Virus record (IMG/VR): IMGVR_UViG_3300042473_000506
Direction: 5' to 3' (one strand)
Length of the DNA stretch: 64,000 nucleotides
Source: a virus
Lineage: Duplodnaviria > Heunggongvirae > Uroviricota > Caudoviricetes
Below are positions 15,514 through 25,300 of this stretch, piece by piece. A model generated the notes under the pieces. The model was not told where the DNA came from. It ran no database searches and saw only the letters and a program-made list of their open reading frames with translations. The position numbers and the translations under genes are program-made. The number at the start of each line of letters is the position of its first letter. Position 1 is the stretch's first letter.

Positions 15514-16646
15514 CTGTAGCTCTGATTAATAATGATACTGCCCTGCGGCTTGTTGAGTGATCCAGCAAAATTGAACGCATCGGTAATTCTATCTTGTGTA
15601 ACTACTACCAACACCTTGTTGTCATTAGTTAGACTTATAGCAGTAAAGTTATTTCCGTTAGCACTCAAACTCATATAGCCTATACCTAACTGATTTAAGT
15701 TTGGATTATCGTTCTTGTAGTATCGAACCACATGCTCGTTTTCAAATGCTTTGTCTGTTACTGCAACACCTTTATCTTTTAGTTCTGTTAATAAGGATAA
15801 GGCACGGTCTTCTGCATCTCGCTCCCTAGAAGTTCGTTCTTGATTATTTTTCTGCTGATCGTTAGTCGCTTTGGCTTCTGCCGAACTAGGATCTTTGTTG
15901 TCTTTCTTGTCATCGTCACGTTTGGCATCGCCAGTTTTTTCAGCAGCAGCACGAGCAGCTTGTTGTATACCAACACCTGACATAGTATTAGGCAAACGAA
16001 TCAATAAATTATTTCCAATTGCAGTATTAGCTAGATTAACTACTACAGGAATAGTAGGAGGGGTTGCCGCTGTTTCAACAATAGTTGCTTGATAAGGTTT
16101 GTCTAATGTAATTATTTTTGATCCGCTGTCAACATCTATTCGACCACTACCGCAAACCATTCCTTTTAAGTTAATGCTTTGATTTACTTCACAGGCAGGC
16201 ATTAACATAACAAGACTTTTACCTGTTTCATCTACTGACATTACAAAATCAGTGCCGCGAACAGCAATAGACGCAGTGGGTGTATTAATTTTTACACTGT
16301 TGGGGTTGTTGTGTGCGATATTACCAGATACATAACGTACAGTACCAGCAGCAGCCTTAAGGCTAAGTTTGCCGCCCGCAGCATTTTTAGGATCGTATAC
16401 AAAATCATCTATTACTAATGCACTGTTTTCAGTTATTTTAACAGTGGTGTTGTCTTTAAACTTGATGTTGACAACACCGTTTTTAGTTTCAACTTTATCA
16501 TTGGTTTCAACTACAGTGCCTTTAGCTACGGAGACGATTGTTTTGCCACGTTTAATAACTGCGGTGCCTGAAAGATCAACGACTGATCCTATATCAGCAA
16601 TCGCAGTGGTGCAAACCAACCATAGTGCAATGGCCCATAACTTCAC
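15510..16646 (-). CDS. FecR-domain periplasmic protein
   Basis: Signal peptide; F.DNT.V.ITENS, TPTASIAVRGTDF. Confidence 0.85.
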   Translation of the reverse strand: MKLWAIALWLVCTTAIADIGSVVDLSGTAVIKRGKTIVSVAKGTVVETNDKVETKNGVVNIKFKDNTTVKITENSALVIDDFVYDPKNAAGGKLSLKAAAGTVRYVSGNIAHNNPNSVKINTPTASIAVRGTDFVMSVDETGKSLVMLMPACEVNQSINLKGMVCGSGRIDVDSGSKIITLDKPYQATIVETAATPPTIPVVVNLANTAIGNNLLIRLPNTMSGVGIQQAARAAAEKTGDAKRDDDKKDNKDPSSAEAKATNDQQKNNQERTSRERDAEDRALSLLTELKDKGVAVTDKAFENEHVVRYYKNDNPNLNQLGIGYMSLSANGNNFTAISLTNDNKVLVVVTQDRITDAFNFAGSLNKPQGSIIINQSYR

Positions 16647-16658
16647 AGCATCCTCCGA

Positions 16659-17465
16659 TTAACGGCTCTTCTGAATGATGTTAAAAGTGCCACCTGCTGC
16701 TGTGGCTGAAATATTAGCAACGTTAGCATGGGTCCCAGTTTGACTGATGTTAAAAGTTGTTCCACCTGCACCGTTTTGTGCCAATACTAAACTGCTCATG
16801 CTTGCACTAGATTGCAGAACGTTAACAGTGTTGTTGTCACTACTTGACAAGTTAATCAACATTTGTTGACCAGCACCGGTAGAGCTAGATTGTTCTAAGT
16901 TAAGTGTATTACCGTTGCCTGTAACATACGCTGCTGCTTGAAGTGCTGTACCATTGCCGGTATAATTTGCAGTGTTGCTGTTACCAGTGAATCTTAAATC
17001 AAGCAATGCATTTTCATCAAGGCCAGCTTGTCCTGCACAGGTTGTTGTCAATCCACAACTTACATTGGCTGTGTTGCTGTTACCTGACTGTAGCAAGTAA
17101 ACATTAGCATCACTTCCGGTGATTTTCATGGTGTTGATAATGTTATTGTTACCTGTTTGGTCAATAGTAACAACTTGATTATTACCATCTAATATCATAC
17201 TGTTAATAGCACCTGCGGCAGTAGCACCAGCACGGTTACTGTTACCGTCTTGATTGATACTGACTGTAGGTGCAGATCCAGTCTGCTCTAGATAGATAAT
17301 GTTAGTTGTACTTGCACCTAATGCAGCCGTAACGCCTGCTGCAAAGCGTGTGGTACTGGCTGTAGTAATCGTGGGCGCACTGGCCTGCGTTGGTGCAGTA
17401 GGTGCTGTTTGTGCAAAAGCCGGCAGTGTTGCGGCTAATATAATTGCTAATAGTGTTTTTTTCAT
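16659..17465 (-). CDS. Curlin-like (CsgA/CsgB-like) repeat protein
   Basis: Signal peptide MKKTLL..AFA; repeated QxGxxN motifs. Confidence 0.7.
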   Translation of the reverse strand: MKKTLLAIILAATLPAFAQTAPTAPTQASAPTITTASTTRFAAGVTAALGASTTNIIYLEQTGSAPTVSINQDGNSNRAGATAAGAINSMILDGNNQVVTIDQTGNNNIINTMKITGSDANVYLLQSGNSNTANVSCGLTTTCAGQAGLDENALLDLRFTGNSNTANYTGNGTALQAAAYVTGNGNTLNLEQSSSTGAGQQMLINLSSSDNNTVNVLQSSASMSSLVLAQNGAGGTTFNISQTGTHANVANISATAAGGTFNIIQKSR

Positions 17466-17466
17466 T

Positions 17467-17661
17467 TTATTTGCTCCTGGTTTTGTTGACCGGTCTCGCT
17501 TTATTTTGTTGTTTGGATCCTGTTGCCTGATCCGTCGGTAGCATTCCAACTACCTTCTTCTTTACTTCCTCTAGCATTTTTTCCGTTGCTGGGCTGTACT
17601 GACGATGCGGAAGGTGTTTGGGCGGCTCCTTCACGTGGGGCTTCCTTTTGAACCAACTCAT
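17467..17661 (-). CDS. Small basic protein overlapping csgG 3' end
   Basis: MSWFKRKP; SD-like GGAG; ends 1 nt before the curlin ATG. Confidence 0.45.
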   Translation of the reverse strand: MSWFKRKPHVKEPPKHLPHRQYSPATEKMLEEVKKKVVGMLPTDQATGSKQQNKARPVNKTRSK

Positions 17662-18466
17662 TAGGTTTCTCCTTGAATTTCCATAGACCTAGATTTTTTC
17701 CACTTTTAACTAGCTCAATAATCCCTTGCTCAATTGCCGACCTTAGAGCATAGTTGCCTGGTTCATTAAAAGTTTGACTACTGTCAAACTCAAATGATCG
17801 CGTTCCTTGATTGTAAAATTTAACAGCAGTTGTACCGTCTTTGGTACTCAAAAGATTTTTCTCAATAGTAACACTGGTTAATATTTCTCCGGTTTGTACA
17901 CTGACTAATCTCATACTGATTACCACTTGATCTTGCATATACTGTGTGTATGGGCCAATTCCTAAAACTGCAAATCCAGTTCCGCCTGTTAGTACATTAC
18001 TGTTGTAGTCAATGATACCACCTTCTAGAATAACTCCAGCTAATGCCAAAGGTGGTAGCATTTTAGCATTAGCTCCGTCGTATATCTCACGAGTCTGTTT
18101 AATCATCTGACGTTCTTTTAATAGGTTGTCAAGATTAACACGTTCTACTACAGTAAACCATTGACGATTACCTGCTTCTTGTAAACTCTTGATTAGATAA
18201 CTTTCGGCACCTTGTGTTACTGCGGTTGAGAATAAACTCAGCGTGGTGCTGTTTTTTCTCTGTCCAGTCATGTCTTTAAATCCGTAAACTGCCACTGCAA
18301 TCTTAGGACCGTCTGGCGCAGGTAGTGTATCAATTTCTTTTTGTATAGTCTCTGTTACTTTTGGTATGTCTCCAATACCTACTTTGCCAAAAGGTCTAAC
18401 TACGGATGCACACCCCATCAATACTGCTGTTGCAAGAACAATAGTTGATAATTTAAATATTCTCAT
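17501..18466 (-). CDS. csgG: Curli secretion channel CsgG
   Basis: Lipobox VLMGC; VAVYGFKD.TGQRK, STAVTQGA, WFTVVER.NLDNLLKERQ. Confidence 0.9.
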   Translation of the reverse strand: MRIFKLSTIVLATAVLMGCASVVRPFGKVGIGDIPKVTETIQKEIDTLPAPDGPKIAVAVYGFKDMTGQRKNSTTLSLFSTAVTQGAESYLIKSLQEAGNRQWFTVVERVNLDNLLKERQMIKQTREIYDGANAKMLPPLALAGVILEGGIIDYNSNVLTGGTGFAVLGIGPYTQYMQDQVVISMRLVSVQTGEILTSVTIEKNLLSTKDGTTAVKFYNQGTRSFEFDSSQTFNEPGNYALRSAIEQGIIELVKSGKNLGLWKFKEKPNELVQKEAPREGAAQTPSASSVQPSNGKNARGSKEEGSWNATDGSGNRIQTTK

Positions 18467-18476
18467 CCATCGCTCC

Positions 18477-18965
18477 TTAAAAATTAAAACTAGATACTGG
18501 CACAGTGATAGTCTGTGTCGGACTTGCATTTGGAACAAATTTCTTGTCAACGATTTTTCCATCAAAAACATTCAGCGTAACATTATTCTCTAATTTAGTC
18601 CAGACAATTTTTTGTGTTTCAGTTACCATAAACTCACCTTTAGAACAATTTGATCCAGTACATTCTTTAAACAGATTGTTAGTTAACTGTGTAGCCAATT
18701 GACTGTATACTTGTCCTGTAAACAGATTCATAAATCTAGCCAACGGTGTATTTGCTGCGGCCGCTTCTGCTGCGGCTCTTTCTCCAGCCTCTCTTGACGC
18801 TTTACTGGCCTGTGCGCTCTGTCGCATTTGCTCCATAGTCAGCACTTGGCTGGCCCACCCTTGACCGCTAAAGGTAGGATTGTTGAATTGGTGTACCAAT
18901 TCTGCATTTGCAGTAGCAAGTCCTAGTGTAAGACATACTCCTAACGCTATTTTAATTTTCTTCAT
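18477..18965 (-). CDS. csgF: Curli assembly factor CsgF-like
   Basis: Signal peptide + ELVHQFNNPTFSG. Confidence 0.75.
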   Translation of the reverse strand: MKKIKIALGVCLTLGLATANAELVHQFNNPTFSGQGWASQVLTMEQMRQSAQASKASREAGERAAAEAAAANTPLARFMNLFTGQVYSQLATQLTNNLFKECTGSNCSKGEFMVTETQKIVWTKLENNVTLNVFDGKIVDKKFVPNASPTQTITVPVSSFNF

Positions 18966-19044
18966 TGCTCGCTCCGATGTCCTTACATATATTTAAGGGC
19001 ATTTGGAGAGCGATTATATACGCAGTTTTGTTGGGTTTAACAAT

Positions 19045-19413
19045 TCAAACTAACAAAAACCATATCATCCATATGTATGTGACTTGATGTGCTAGCTGGT
19101 CTAGACCGAACTGTGTCCAGAAGATAGGTTTAGTGTTGTCTTTGCTACCATACTTTACCTTGCTGTAATCCACAAGATAGTGAACAATACCTTCAATTAG
19201 AGTAACAAATATTATAGCAAACGCACCAACAGGAACAAAGAAACTGAAAATAAGCATTGCTATTAAAGTACAATACATATGATCTGTTGTATGACTAATT
19301 CCCGTGGGGTCCATCCACACACCTTTTTTAACGGTCTGTTGATAAGTCTGCAGGACAAAATCAGCATAACAATGCTTGATCTGCAAAAGAAGGAGTATTG
19401 AGAGCAGTTCCAT
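19045..19413 (-). CDS. DUF3307-like membrane protein
   Basis: KH..ADF.LQ, H...D, DQLAH. Confidence 0.75.
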   Translation of the reverse strand: MELLSILLLLQIKHCYADFVLQTYQQTVKKGVWMDPTGISHTTDHMYCTLIAMLIFSFFVPVGAFAIIFVTLIEGIVHYLVDYSKVKYGSKDNTKPIFWTQFGLDQLAHQVTYIWMIWFLLV

Positions 19414-19450
19414 CGTTAAGTATTTAGTATATACTTAACGACAGGAATAA

Positions 19451-20833
19451 TTAATTAAGTTTCCAGGTCATTGCACTATCCCATTTTGGAGCAGGATCTT
19501 TGTGCTCAAATGTAATAGTACCACCTACTTTTGAAGGCCATTTTACATCTGTTATAAATTGCTTGCCTTTAATAGTGGTTTTTAATAGAACAAAATTCTG
19601 TCCTAACAATTCAATCATACGTTTAGAAAAATTAGGAATGACGCCTTTCTTAACAGCACTATGAATTACATCCTTGACATAGTATCTCAAGTAGTACCAT
19701 AAAGGGTGTTTAGCAGTTATAGAAGTTTCCACTAACTTATATAGTTCTTGAAATTCTGCTGGAATTTGATCTAGTGTTTCTGGCACACCTTCGTTACGAG
19801 ATTTTAGAATAGTGGACAAATATATAAACAATTCGTCAGTAAAGGGTAAAAATTTACTTAATTCTCCCATTGAACCTGGATAGTTTTCTTCTAACCAATT
19901 TGCGGCATAGAACGGTTGTATCCATGCAGGTTTGGCATTTTGTTGCAACATGTCAATAAATGTAATTGCAGGATCTTTGCCAATCATTTTTCTCATGTTA
20001 TTGGGAATCTTTAATGCGGTTACACTGCTTGGCATGCCACCTCCAGCGCCCTTACTGCTGATAAAAATAGTATTTTCAGTTTTTCTGTTAACAAGAGCGT
20101 AACTATCTGCTACAGGATTACTAGAACTAGCCGGAAAATATAATACTAATTCCTCTAGATTGCCGCCCACGTGTTCGTAAAATGCTTCAGAATTTGGAAA
20201 ATTTGCAACACCTTTGATTAGGGCTTGTACTCCTAGATATTCAAATCCATAGTTTTGTATGTTGCCAATTTCTGATTTGCTGAGATCTGGAACCGTCGGA
20301 ATTTGTTCTGCATCAATTGCACGGGAAATTTCTTTAACAGCCGCACCAGCTGCACCCTGACTATCAAGATGTTTATTTGATTGTATCTTTTGCCCCAATT
20401 GTCCCGCAAGAAATGCCCCCAACTCCAAGGCAAGTTCGGGTGTTAGATTTTGATCTTTATTTGGGTCACCGTGTTGGAAGACCTGTCCTGGTCTAAGGCC
20501 AGCAACAGGAACTGCATCTGTGTCTTGTTGATTAGGAGGAACACTTTGACCACCGTATTCTTTTGTTTTTAAGAATGATCCCAGTGGATAGGGTTTTTGA
20601 TCTGCACCTAGTAGAGTTATAGTACCAGCAAATTTTCCTTGATCAAAAAGATCTTGTAATCGCTTTGCTTCTGTGTTTTTAATAACAACAGGAGTACCGT
20701 CTTTTAAGTATAAAGGGTTGCCGGCAGTAATATTAGCAATGAGCCTATCAAACCGTACCATATCTTTTGTCAGTTTGTTAGGATTAAGAGTTTGCTCGGA
20801 TTCTAATAGGGTTAAAAATTCACGTGATCGCAT
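19451..20833 (-). CDS. Hypothetical, possible capsid-internal protein
   Basis: 460-aa ORF, TAAATA upstream, CTS-like N-terminus. Confidence 0.75.
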   Translation of the reverse strand: MRSREFLTLLESEQTLNPNKLTKDMVRFDRLIANITAGNPLYLKDGTPVVIKNTEAKRLQDLFDQGKFAGTITLLGADQKPYPLGSFLKTKEYGGQSVPPNQQDTDAVPVAGLRPGQVFQHGDPNKDQNLTPELALELGAFLAGQLGQKIQSNKHLDSQGAAGAAVKEISRAIDAEQIPTVPDLSKSEIGNIQNYGFEYLGVQALIKGVANFPNSEAFYEHVGGNLEELVLYFPASSSNPVADSYALVNRKTENTIFISSKGAGGGMPSSVTALKIPNNMRKMIGKDPAITFIDMLQQNAKPAWIQPFYAANWLEENYPGSMGELSKFLPFTDELFIYLSTILKSRNEGVPETLDQIPAEFQELYKLVETSITAKHPLWYYLRYYVKDVIHSAVKKGVIPNFSKRMIELLGQNFVLLKTTIKGKQFITDVKWPSKVGGTITFEHKDPAPKWDSAMTWKLN

Positions 20834-20843
20834 AATAGAGTAT

Positions 20844-21515
20844 TTAGTGAAATTCCGGGAATAAGATTTCCTGTACGAATTTCTTCATAGTAGGTTCAGA
20901 TATGCCCATACTAATCATACTTTTGATCACATGGGGATTCTGTTTCTGATAATGGCAATAACGATTTTGTGCCATGTGATAATCAGCACCACTTTGTTGT
21001 TCTATTCCTACATTCTTTAGATAGAAATCTAATGTGGTTAATGCTGTATTGCATAGTTGGTCTATTTCAGCTTCGTCTTGTAGATTACCAGCAGCTACCA
21101 TAGCAGGACTGAAGATCTGTTGTGCCCACTCGGGTAATTGTCTAGGCTTGTTCCATTCTAGTCCATGCACCTGAGCTTTAAACCACAAATACATAAAACT
21201 ATTAGGATCACCAGCGTGACTGAAGTCGTGAAACGCACCTGTTATTTTGTTTGGGCCGCATACAGCATCAAACCCATAGATAGGGCTAGGATCGTTGAAG
21301 TGCGGAAATACTGTGACATGTAATATGTAGATATTGTAGGTCTCACGGAAATCTACAATTTCAACATGTGCTCTGCGGAATTGGTTACTGGACCATAGAG
21401 TATTATGCCAACCATATTGATGTGCAGACGGGGAATTAATCTGTTCCCCGACAACATTAAATCTTTCTGTAATATCAGCGGCTAGTTTACTAACCTTATC
21501 CCAAACTACTGTCAT
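20844..21515 (-). CDS. pcyX: Ferredoxin-dependent bilin reductase (PcyX/PcyA-like)
   Basis: FRRAHVE, LHVTVFP....PIYGFD, GAFHDFS; adjacent to heme oxygenase. Confidence 0.8.
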   Translation of the reverse strand: MTVVWDKVSKLAADITERFNVVGEQINSPSAHQYGWHNTLWSSNQFRRAHVEIVDFRETYNIYILHVTVFPHFNDPSPIYGFDAVCGPNKITGAFHDFSHAGDPNSFMYLWFKAQVHGLEWNKPRQLPEWAQQIFSPAMVAAGNLQDEAEIDQLCNTALTTLDFYLKNVGIEQQSGADYHMAQNRYCHYQKQNPHVIKSMISMGISEPTMKKFVQEILFPEFH

Positions 21516-22032
21516 AGTCCCTCATCATTCGTATTGCCCAATCAAAGGCCACATTGGCTTCATCGCCCATGCTGTCGTCCAGCTTGGCACGAATATTGGT
21601 CATCAGTGTTCGGGGATCTTCGAACTCTAAGTTACGATGTGCGCCCGGAACAATCTTCTTAATCATTTGGCCACCGAACATGTCACCCATGTGCCATGTA
21701 TACAAGTGTGCCATAATCTTGTTAGGATCTTTACTAATGCTTAGAATGTAATTGTAATAGTCAACAACGATATGACGGAACTCATGGCGGGGATTGTCCC
21801 CGTTCATTTCTTGATAATCCATTGCTAGATAAAATGCACGGCGTAAGTCTGGCAAGTCTCCTAACAATCGATTGGCCCCTGCGGCACCTTCAATGGCTCC
21901 ATAGAATAGCCACTTTTGATATGTCCAATCTACCCACAAATCAAAAGGCAGGGTTTGTGCAAACACTGCCTTCATAAACGGAGTAGATTCAGCCTCTGCA
22001 TGTTTAGCACTGGTTAAATCTTTTAAGCTCAT
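21496..22032 (-). CDS. hemO: Heme oxygenase
   Basis: LKDLT...H.EAE; HLYTWHMGDMFGGQMI. Confidence 0.9.
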   Translation of the reverse strand: MSLKDLTSAKHAEAESTPFMKAVFAQTLPFDLWVDWTYQKWLFYGAIEGAAGANRLLGDLPDLRRAFYLAMDYQEMNGDNPRHEFRHIVVDYYNYILSISKDPNKIMAHLYTWHMGDMFGGQMIKKIVPGAHRNLEFEDPRTLMTNIRAKLDDSMGDEANVAFDWAIRMMRDYDSSLG

Positions 22033-22040
22033 TTAAATCC

Positions 22041-22358
22041 TCATTCTGGTTCTACTTTAATTATCAAAGGGAATCCATTAGTACGAGCAAGATTGGTAGC
22101 ATCGATTCCTTTTTGGTCTGCAACTTCATAACTATAGATTCCTACAACAGCGTGTCCGTTGTTATGTATCTTTAAAGTCAATTCAAGAGAACTTTTTTCA
22201 CTATGTCTAAACACAGCAACTAGCATGGATATTACAAATTCAACAGGAGTAACATCGTCGTTGCAAACAATGACTTTGTACCTAGTAGGTTCTTGACTTT
22301 TTTCCTTATTTTTAGAAATAGTTTTTGTGTCTTTTTCGATAATTGTATCAGATGCCAT
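22041..22358 (-). CDS. clpS: N-end rule adaptor ClpS
   Basis: YKVIVCNDDVTPVEFV, IH..G..VVG.YSYEVA. Confidence 0.9.
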   Translation of the reverse strand: MASDTIIEKDTKTISKNKEKSQEPTRYKVIVCNDDVTPVEFVISMLVAVFRHSEKSSLELTLKIHNNGHAVVGIYSYEVADQKGIDATNLARTNGFPLIIKVEPE

Positions 22359-22400
22359 ATTATTCCTATTGGACGGGGAGTTGCCTCCCCCTGGGTTATA

Positions 22401-22832
22401 TTACTTGATTGCAATCACGCGAGGCTTGAGTGCTTCAGGTACTTCTCGTGTTAGTTTAACACTTAAAATACCGTTTGTCAATTCTGCATTGCCCACAATA
22501 ATGTGCTCTGCAAGAGTAAACGTGCGTTCGAAGTCTCGAGCTGCTAGTCCACGATATACATACTTAGATGTGTCGTCTTCTTTCTGGCGTTGGCCTTTAA
22601 TAATAAGTAGACTTTGATCTACCTCAATGCTGATATCCTCTCGATCAAATCCTGCAACAGCAACTTCAATTTCAAAAGAATTGTCGTCGTGCTTTAGAAC
22701 GTTGTATGGAGGATAGTTAGGAACGGAGTTTGAAAATCGTCTTTCAACATCGTTGAAAAGGCTATCAAATCCAATAAGTGCTCTGTTTAGTTGATTTAGA
22801 GCGGTGGTGTCGAAACGTGCGAGTTGATTCAT
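22401..22832 (-). CDS. Small heat-shock protein (Hsp20/IbpA-like)
   Basis: YPPYNV, AVAGF, YRGLAARDFERTF, NGIL. Confidence 0.92.
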   Translation of the reverse strand: MNQLARFDTTALNQLNRALIGFDSLFNDVERRFSNSVPNYPPYNVLKHDDNSFEIEVAVAGFDREDISIEVDQSLLIIKGQRQKEDDTSKYVYRGLAARDFERTFTLAEHIIVGNAELTNGILSVKLTREVPEALKPRVIAIK

Positions 22833-22905
22833 AGTTTTTCTCCTTAATAAGCAAGAATCATTTTGAGGTACCATACCTCAATGTAAAACCCTTACGGCGT
22901 CTTAC
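22833..22905 (-). promoter_or_regulatory. ROSE-like RNA thermometer
   Basis: CTTGCTT-ATT-AAGGAG (UUGCU pairing SD with bulged G) preceded by two hairpins. Confidence 0.65.
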
Positions 22906-22932
22906 AATATTATTTATACACGAAATATCAAA

Positions 22933-23184
22933 TTACTGCGAGAAATTTGAAAAAGTTTCCACAGTTTTTTGTTCATTTGGCACTATCTCGGCATTCCAGT
23001 GTAACGCCATCAATAATGCATCCTTATTACTTTTAAAAATAAAGTCCATGTAGTTTACATTGGCATGGGTTTCGAATCTGCCCCCAGGCAGGCCAAAATA
23101 TTCAATTGCCCATGTACATACTTCATTCCAATAGAATGAGTTATCATATTTACGAACCCACGATATACGTACAGTACTACTCAT
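22933..23184 (-). CDS. Hypothetical
   Basis: ATGA overlap with upstream stop. Confidence 0.65.
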   Translation of the reverse strand: MSSTVRISWVRKYDNSFYWNEVCTWAIEYFGLPGGRFETHANVNYMDFIFKSNKDALLMALHWNAEIVPNEQKTVETFSNFSQ

Positions 23185-24035
23185 ACTTCCACTATTTTTG
23201 TAATGTCCCAACCGCTGTCTTCACAGTATCCGTCGCTTTCATATCCGCGAGGGTTACAAACAATACGAGTCTCTCCAATGACATAGTCAAATGGGTGATG
23301 CGTATGTCCGTGTGTCCACAATTTGATCTGCGGATGGTCCATAATGAATTCACTTAGATCACTACTATAAGCACCGTTCATGAGATATTGAGATTTGTAC
23401 TGCTCATGTGTGCTCATCTTGCTAGGTGCATGATGTCCAATAACGACACACTTTTTGTCCTTGTGCTCACTGACAATGTGTTTGATGTATTGCAGTGTCT
23501 CACGATGACGAATAGCAGTATCAGCAGGCTTCAAAGGTGTGTAACCTTTTTCATCGTTTTTAATAATACGGAAGTCGTTCATCATATCACGAACAGCGTG
23601 AAGAGTTATAGGGTCACCCTTGTTCATATCAGTCCACAAAGTACCTCCTACAAACACAACATCATCGATGATCTTCGTGTCCTTTTCCAAGAAATAGACG
23701 TTAGAGTGTTTGGCGCATTCGTCACGCAGGTACTGAATACCTTTGTAGAACCCACCGTTGTAGAACTCATGGTTGCCAGCTACGTAGAAGACATGCGGAA
23801 ACTGGAAGGCACACCGCTTCAGGAAATCACGAAATCGAGCAACTCGTTGCAACTTGCGACCGAGATCAGCTAATGCTCCATTACTGTAGGGGCTAAAATC
23901 TGCGGCGTGATGGTCGTGCAAATCCTGAGAGATCATAATATCACCCGAAAGAATTAGCACATCTGCGCCTTCATCATTTGGAATTGTGATATCACTAAAT
24001 TCCAAATGTAGATCTGATACAATTTTGATTTTCAT
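23181..24035 (-). CDS. Calcineurin-like metallophosphoesterase
   Basis: SDLH, GD, GNHE, HH.P, HGHTH. Confidence 0.9.
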   Translation of the reverse strand: MKIKIVSDLHLEFSDITIPNDEGADVLILSGDIMISQDLHDHHAADFSPYSNGALADLGRKLQRVARFRDFLKRCAFQFPHVFYVAGNHEFYNGGFYKGIQYLRDECAKHSNVYFLEKDTKIIDDVVFVGGTLWTDMNKGDPITLHAVRDMMNDFRIIKNDEKGYTPLKPADTAIRHRETLQYIKHIVSEHKDKKCVVIGHHAPSKMSTHEQYKSQYLMNGAYSSDLSEFIMDHPQIKLWTHGHTHHPFDYVIGETRIVCNPRGYESDGYCEDSGWDITKIVEV

Positions 24036-24085
24036 AATAGTAATTATACACTCAATTAAATTTTTTGTCAATAAATACATACATT

Positions 24086-25300
24086 ATGATTAAGCCAAAA
24101 ACTCAAGATGTTATTGCCCAAAGTTTAGAAAAACTTAAAACAGAGGGTAATTATCGTACATTTACTGATATTCTACGTGAACGTGGAAGTTTTCCTAAAG
24201 CCATGTATTACGGACGTTATAACATCAAACATATAACCAACTGGTGCAGTAACGATTATCTAGGAATGGGTCAGCATAAAGTGGTAATCGATGCCATGCA
24301 TACAGCATTAGACACTACCGGAGCAGGGTCCGGTGGAACAAGAAATATCAGCGGAACTAGTCACTATCATGTTGCACTAGAACACGAACTAGCCAAGTTG
24401 CATGACAAGACTACAGCATTGACATTTACCAGTGGCTATGTTGCCAATCAAAGTACCCTAGGAGTACTAGGTAAGATGCTGCCAAACGTTCATTATATCA
24501 GCGACAGTGAAAATCACAACAGCATGATTGTAGGAATGAAATCTAGTCAAGCACCTATTACTGTTTGGCGTCATAATGATCTTACACATCTAAAAGAAAT
24601 TTTATCCACATTGTCCGATGATATTCAACCTATCATTGCCATGGAAGGTGTGTATAGTATGGACGGAGATCGAGGACTTGTTAGCGATGTATGCGATATT
24701 GCTCGACTATATGGAGCAATGGTATATGTTGACGAAGTACATGCTGTGGGACTCTATGGTCACAGAGGTGCTGGCATCGCTGAAGAACAGCGGTGCGTCG
24801 ATGGAGTAGACGTTATTCAAGGCACTTTAGCCAAGGCATTTGGTGTACAAGGAGGATACGTTGCAGGTAGCAGAGATCTTATAGATATGGTTCGTAGCTA
24901 TGCTAACGGATTTATTTTTTCAACGTCTATGAGTCCTGTATTATGTGCAGGAGCACTCGCTTCAGTTAAATGGGTTCAGGACCATCCTGATTTGCGTTCT
25001 AAAATTTTTGAAGTTGCAGGGGCAACAAGAGAACATCTTAAAAATGCAGGACTAGAAGTACATCTCAGCTCAGAAGGTGGACATATAGTCCCTGTTATGA
25101 TACGTGATGTTAAGAAATGTAAGGCAATCAGTGACTGGTTGTTGAACGAAAAGGCCATTTATGTGCAGCCTATAAATTATCCCACAGTTCCGTGGAGCAC
25201 AGAGCGTTTACGTTTTACGCCAACGCCAAATCATACAGAATCAGATATATATTATCTGGCTAAAAGCCTAAAGGAGGCATTTGATGTTTACAAAAATTAA
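24086..25300 (+). CDS. hemA: 5-aminolevulinate synthase (Shemin pathway)
   Basis: WCSNDYLGM, GAGSGGTRNISG, DEVHAVG, GTLAKAFG, INYPTV. Confidence 0.9.
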   Translation: MIKPKTQDVIAQSLEKLKTEGNYRTFTDILRERGSFPKAMYYGRYNIKHITNWCSNDYLGMGQHKVVIDAMHTALDTTGAGSGGTRNISGTSHYHVALEHELAKLHDKTTALTFTSGYVANQSTLGVLGKMLPNVHYISDSENHNSMIVGMKSSQAPITVWRHNDLTHLKEILSTLSDDIQPIIAMEGVYSMDGDRGLVSDVCDIARLYGAMVYVDEVHAVGLYGHRGAGIAEEQRCVDGVDVIQGTLAKAFGVQGGYVAGSRDLIDMVRSYANGFIFSTSMSPVLCAGALASVKWVQDHPDLRSKIFEVAGATREHLKNAGLEVHLSSEGGHIVPVMIRDVKKCKAISDWLLNEKAIYVQPINYPTVPWSTERLRFTPTPNHTESDIYYLAKSLKEAFDVYKN

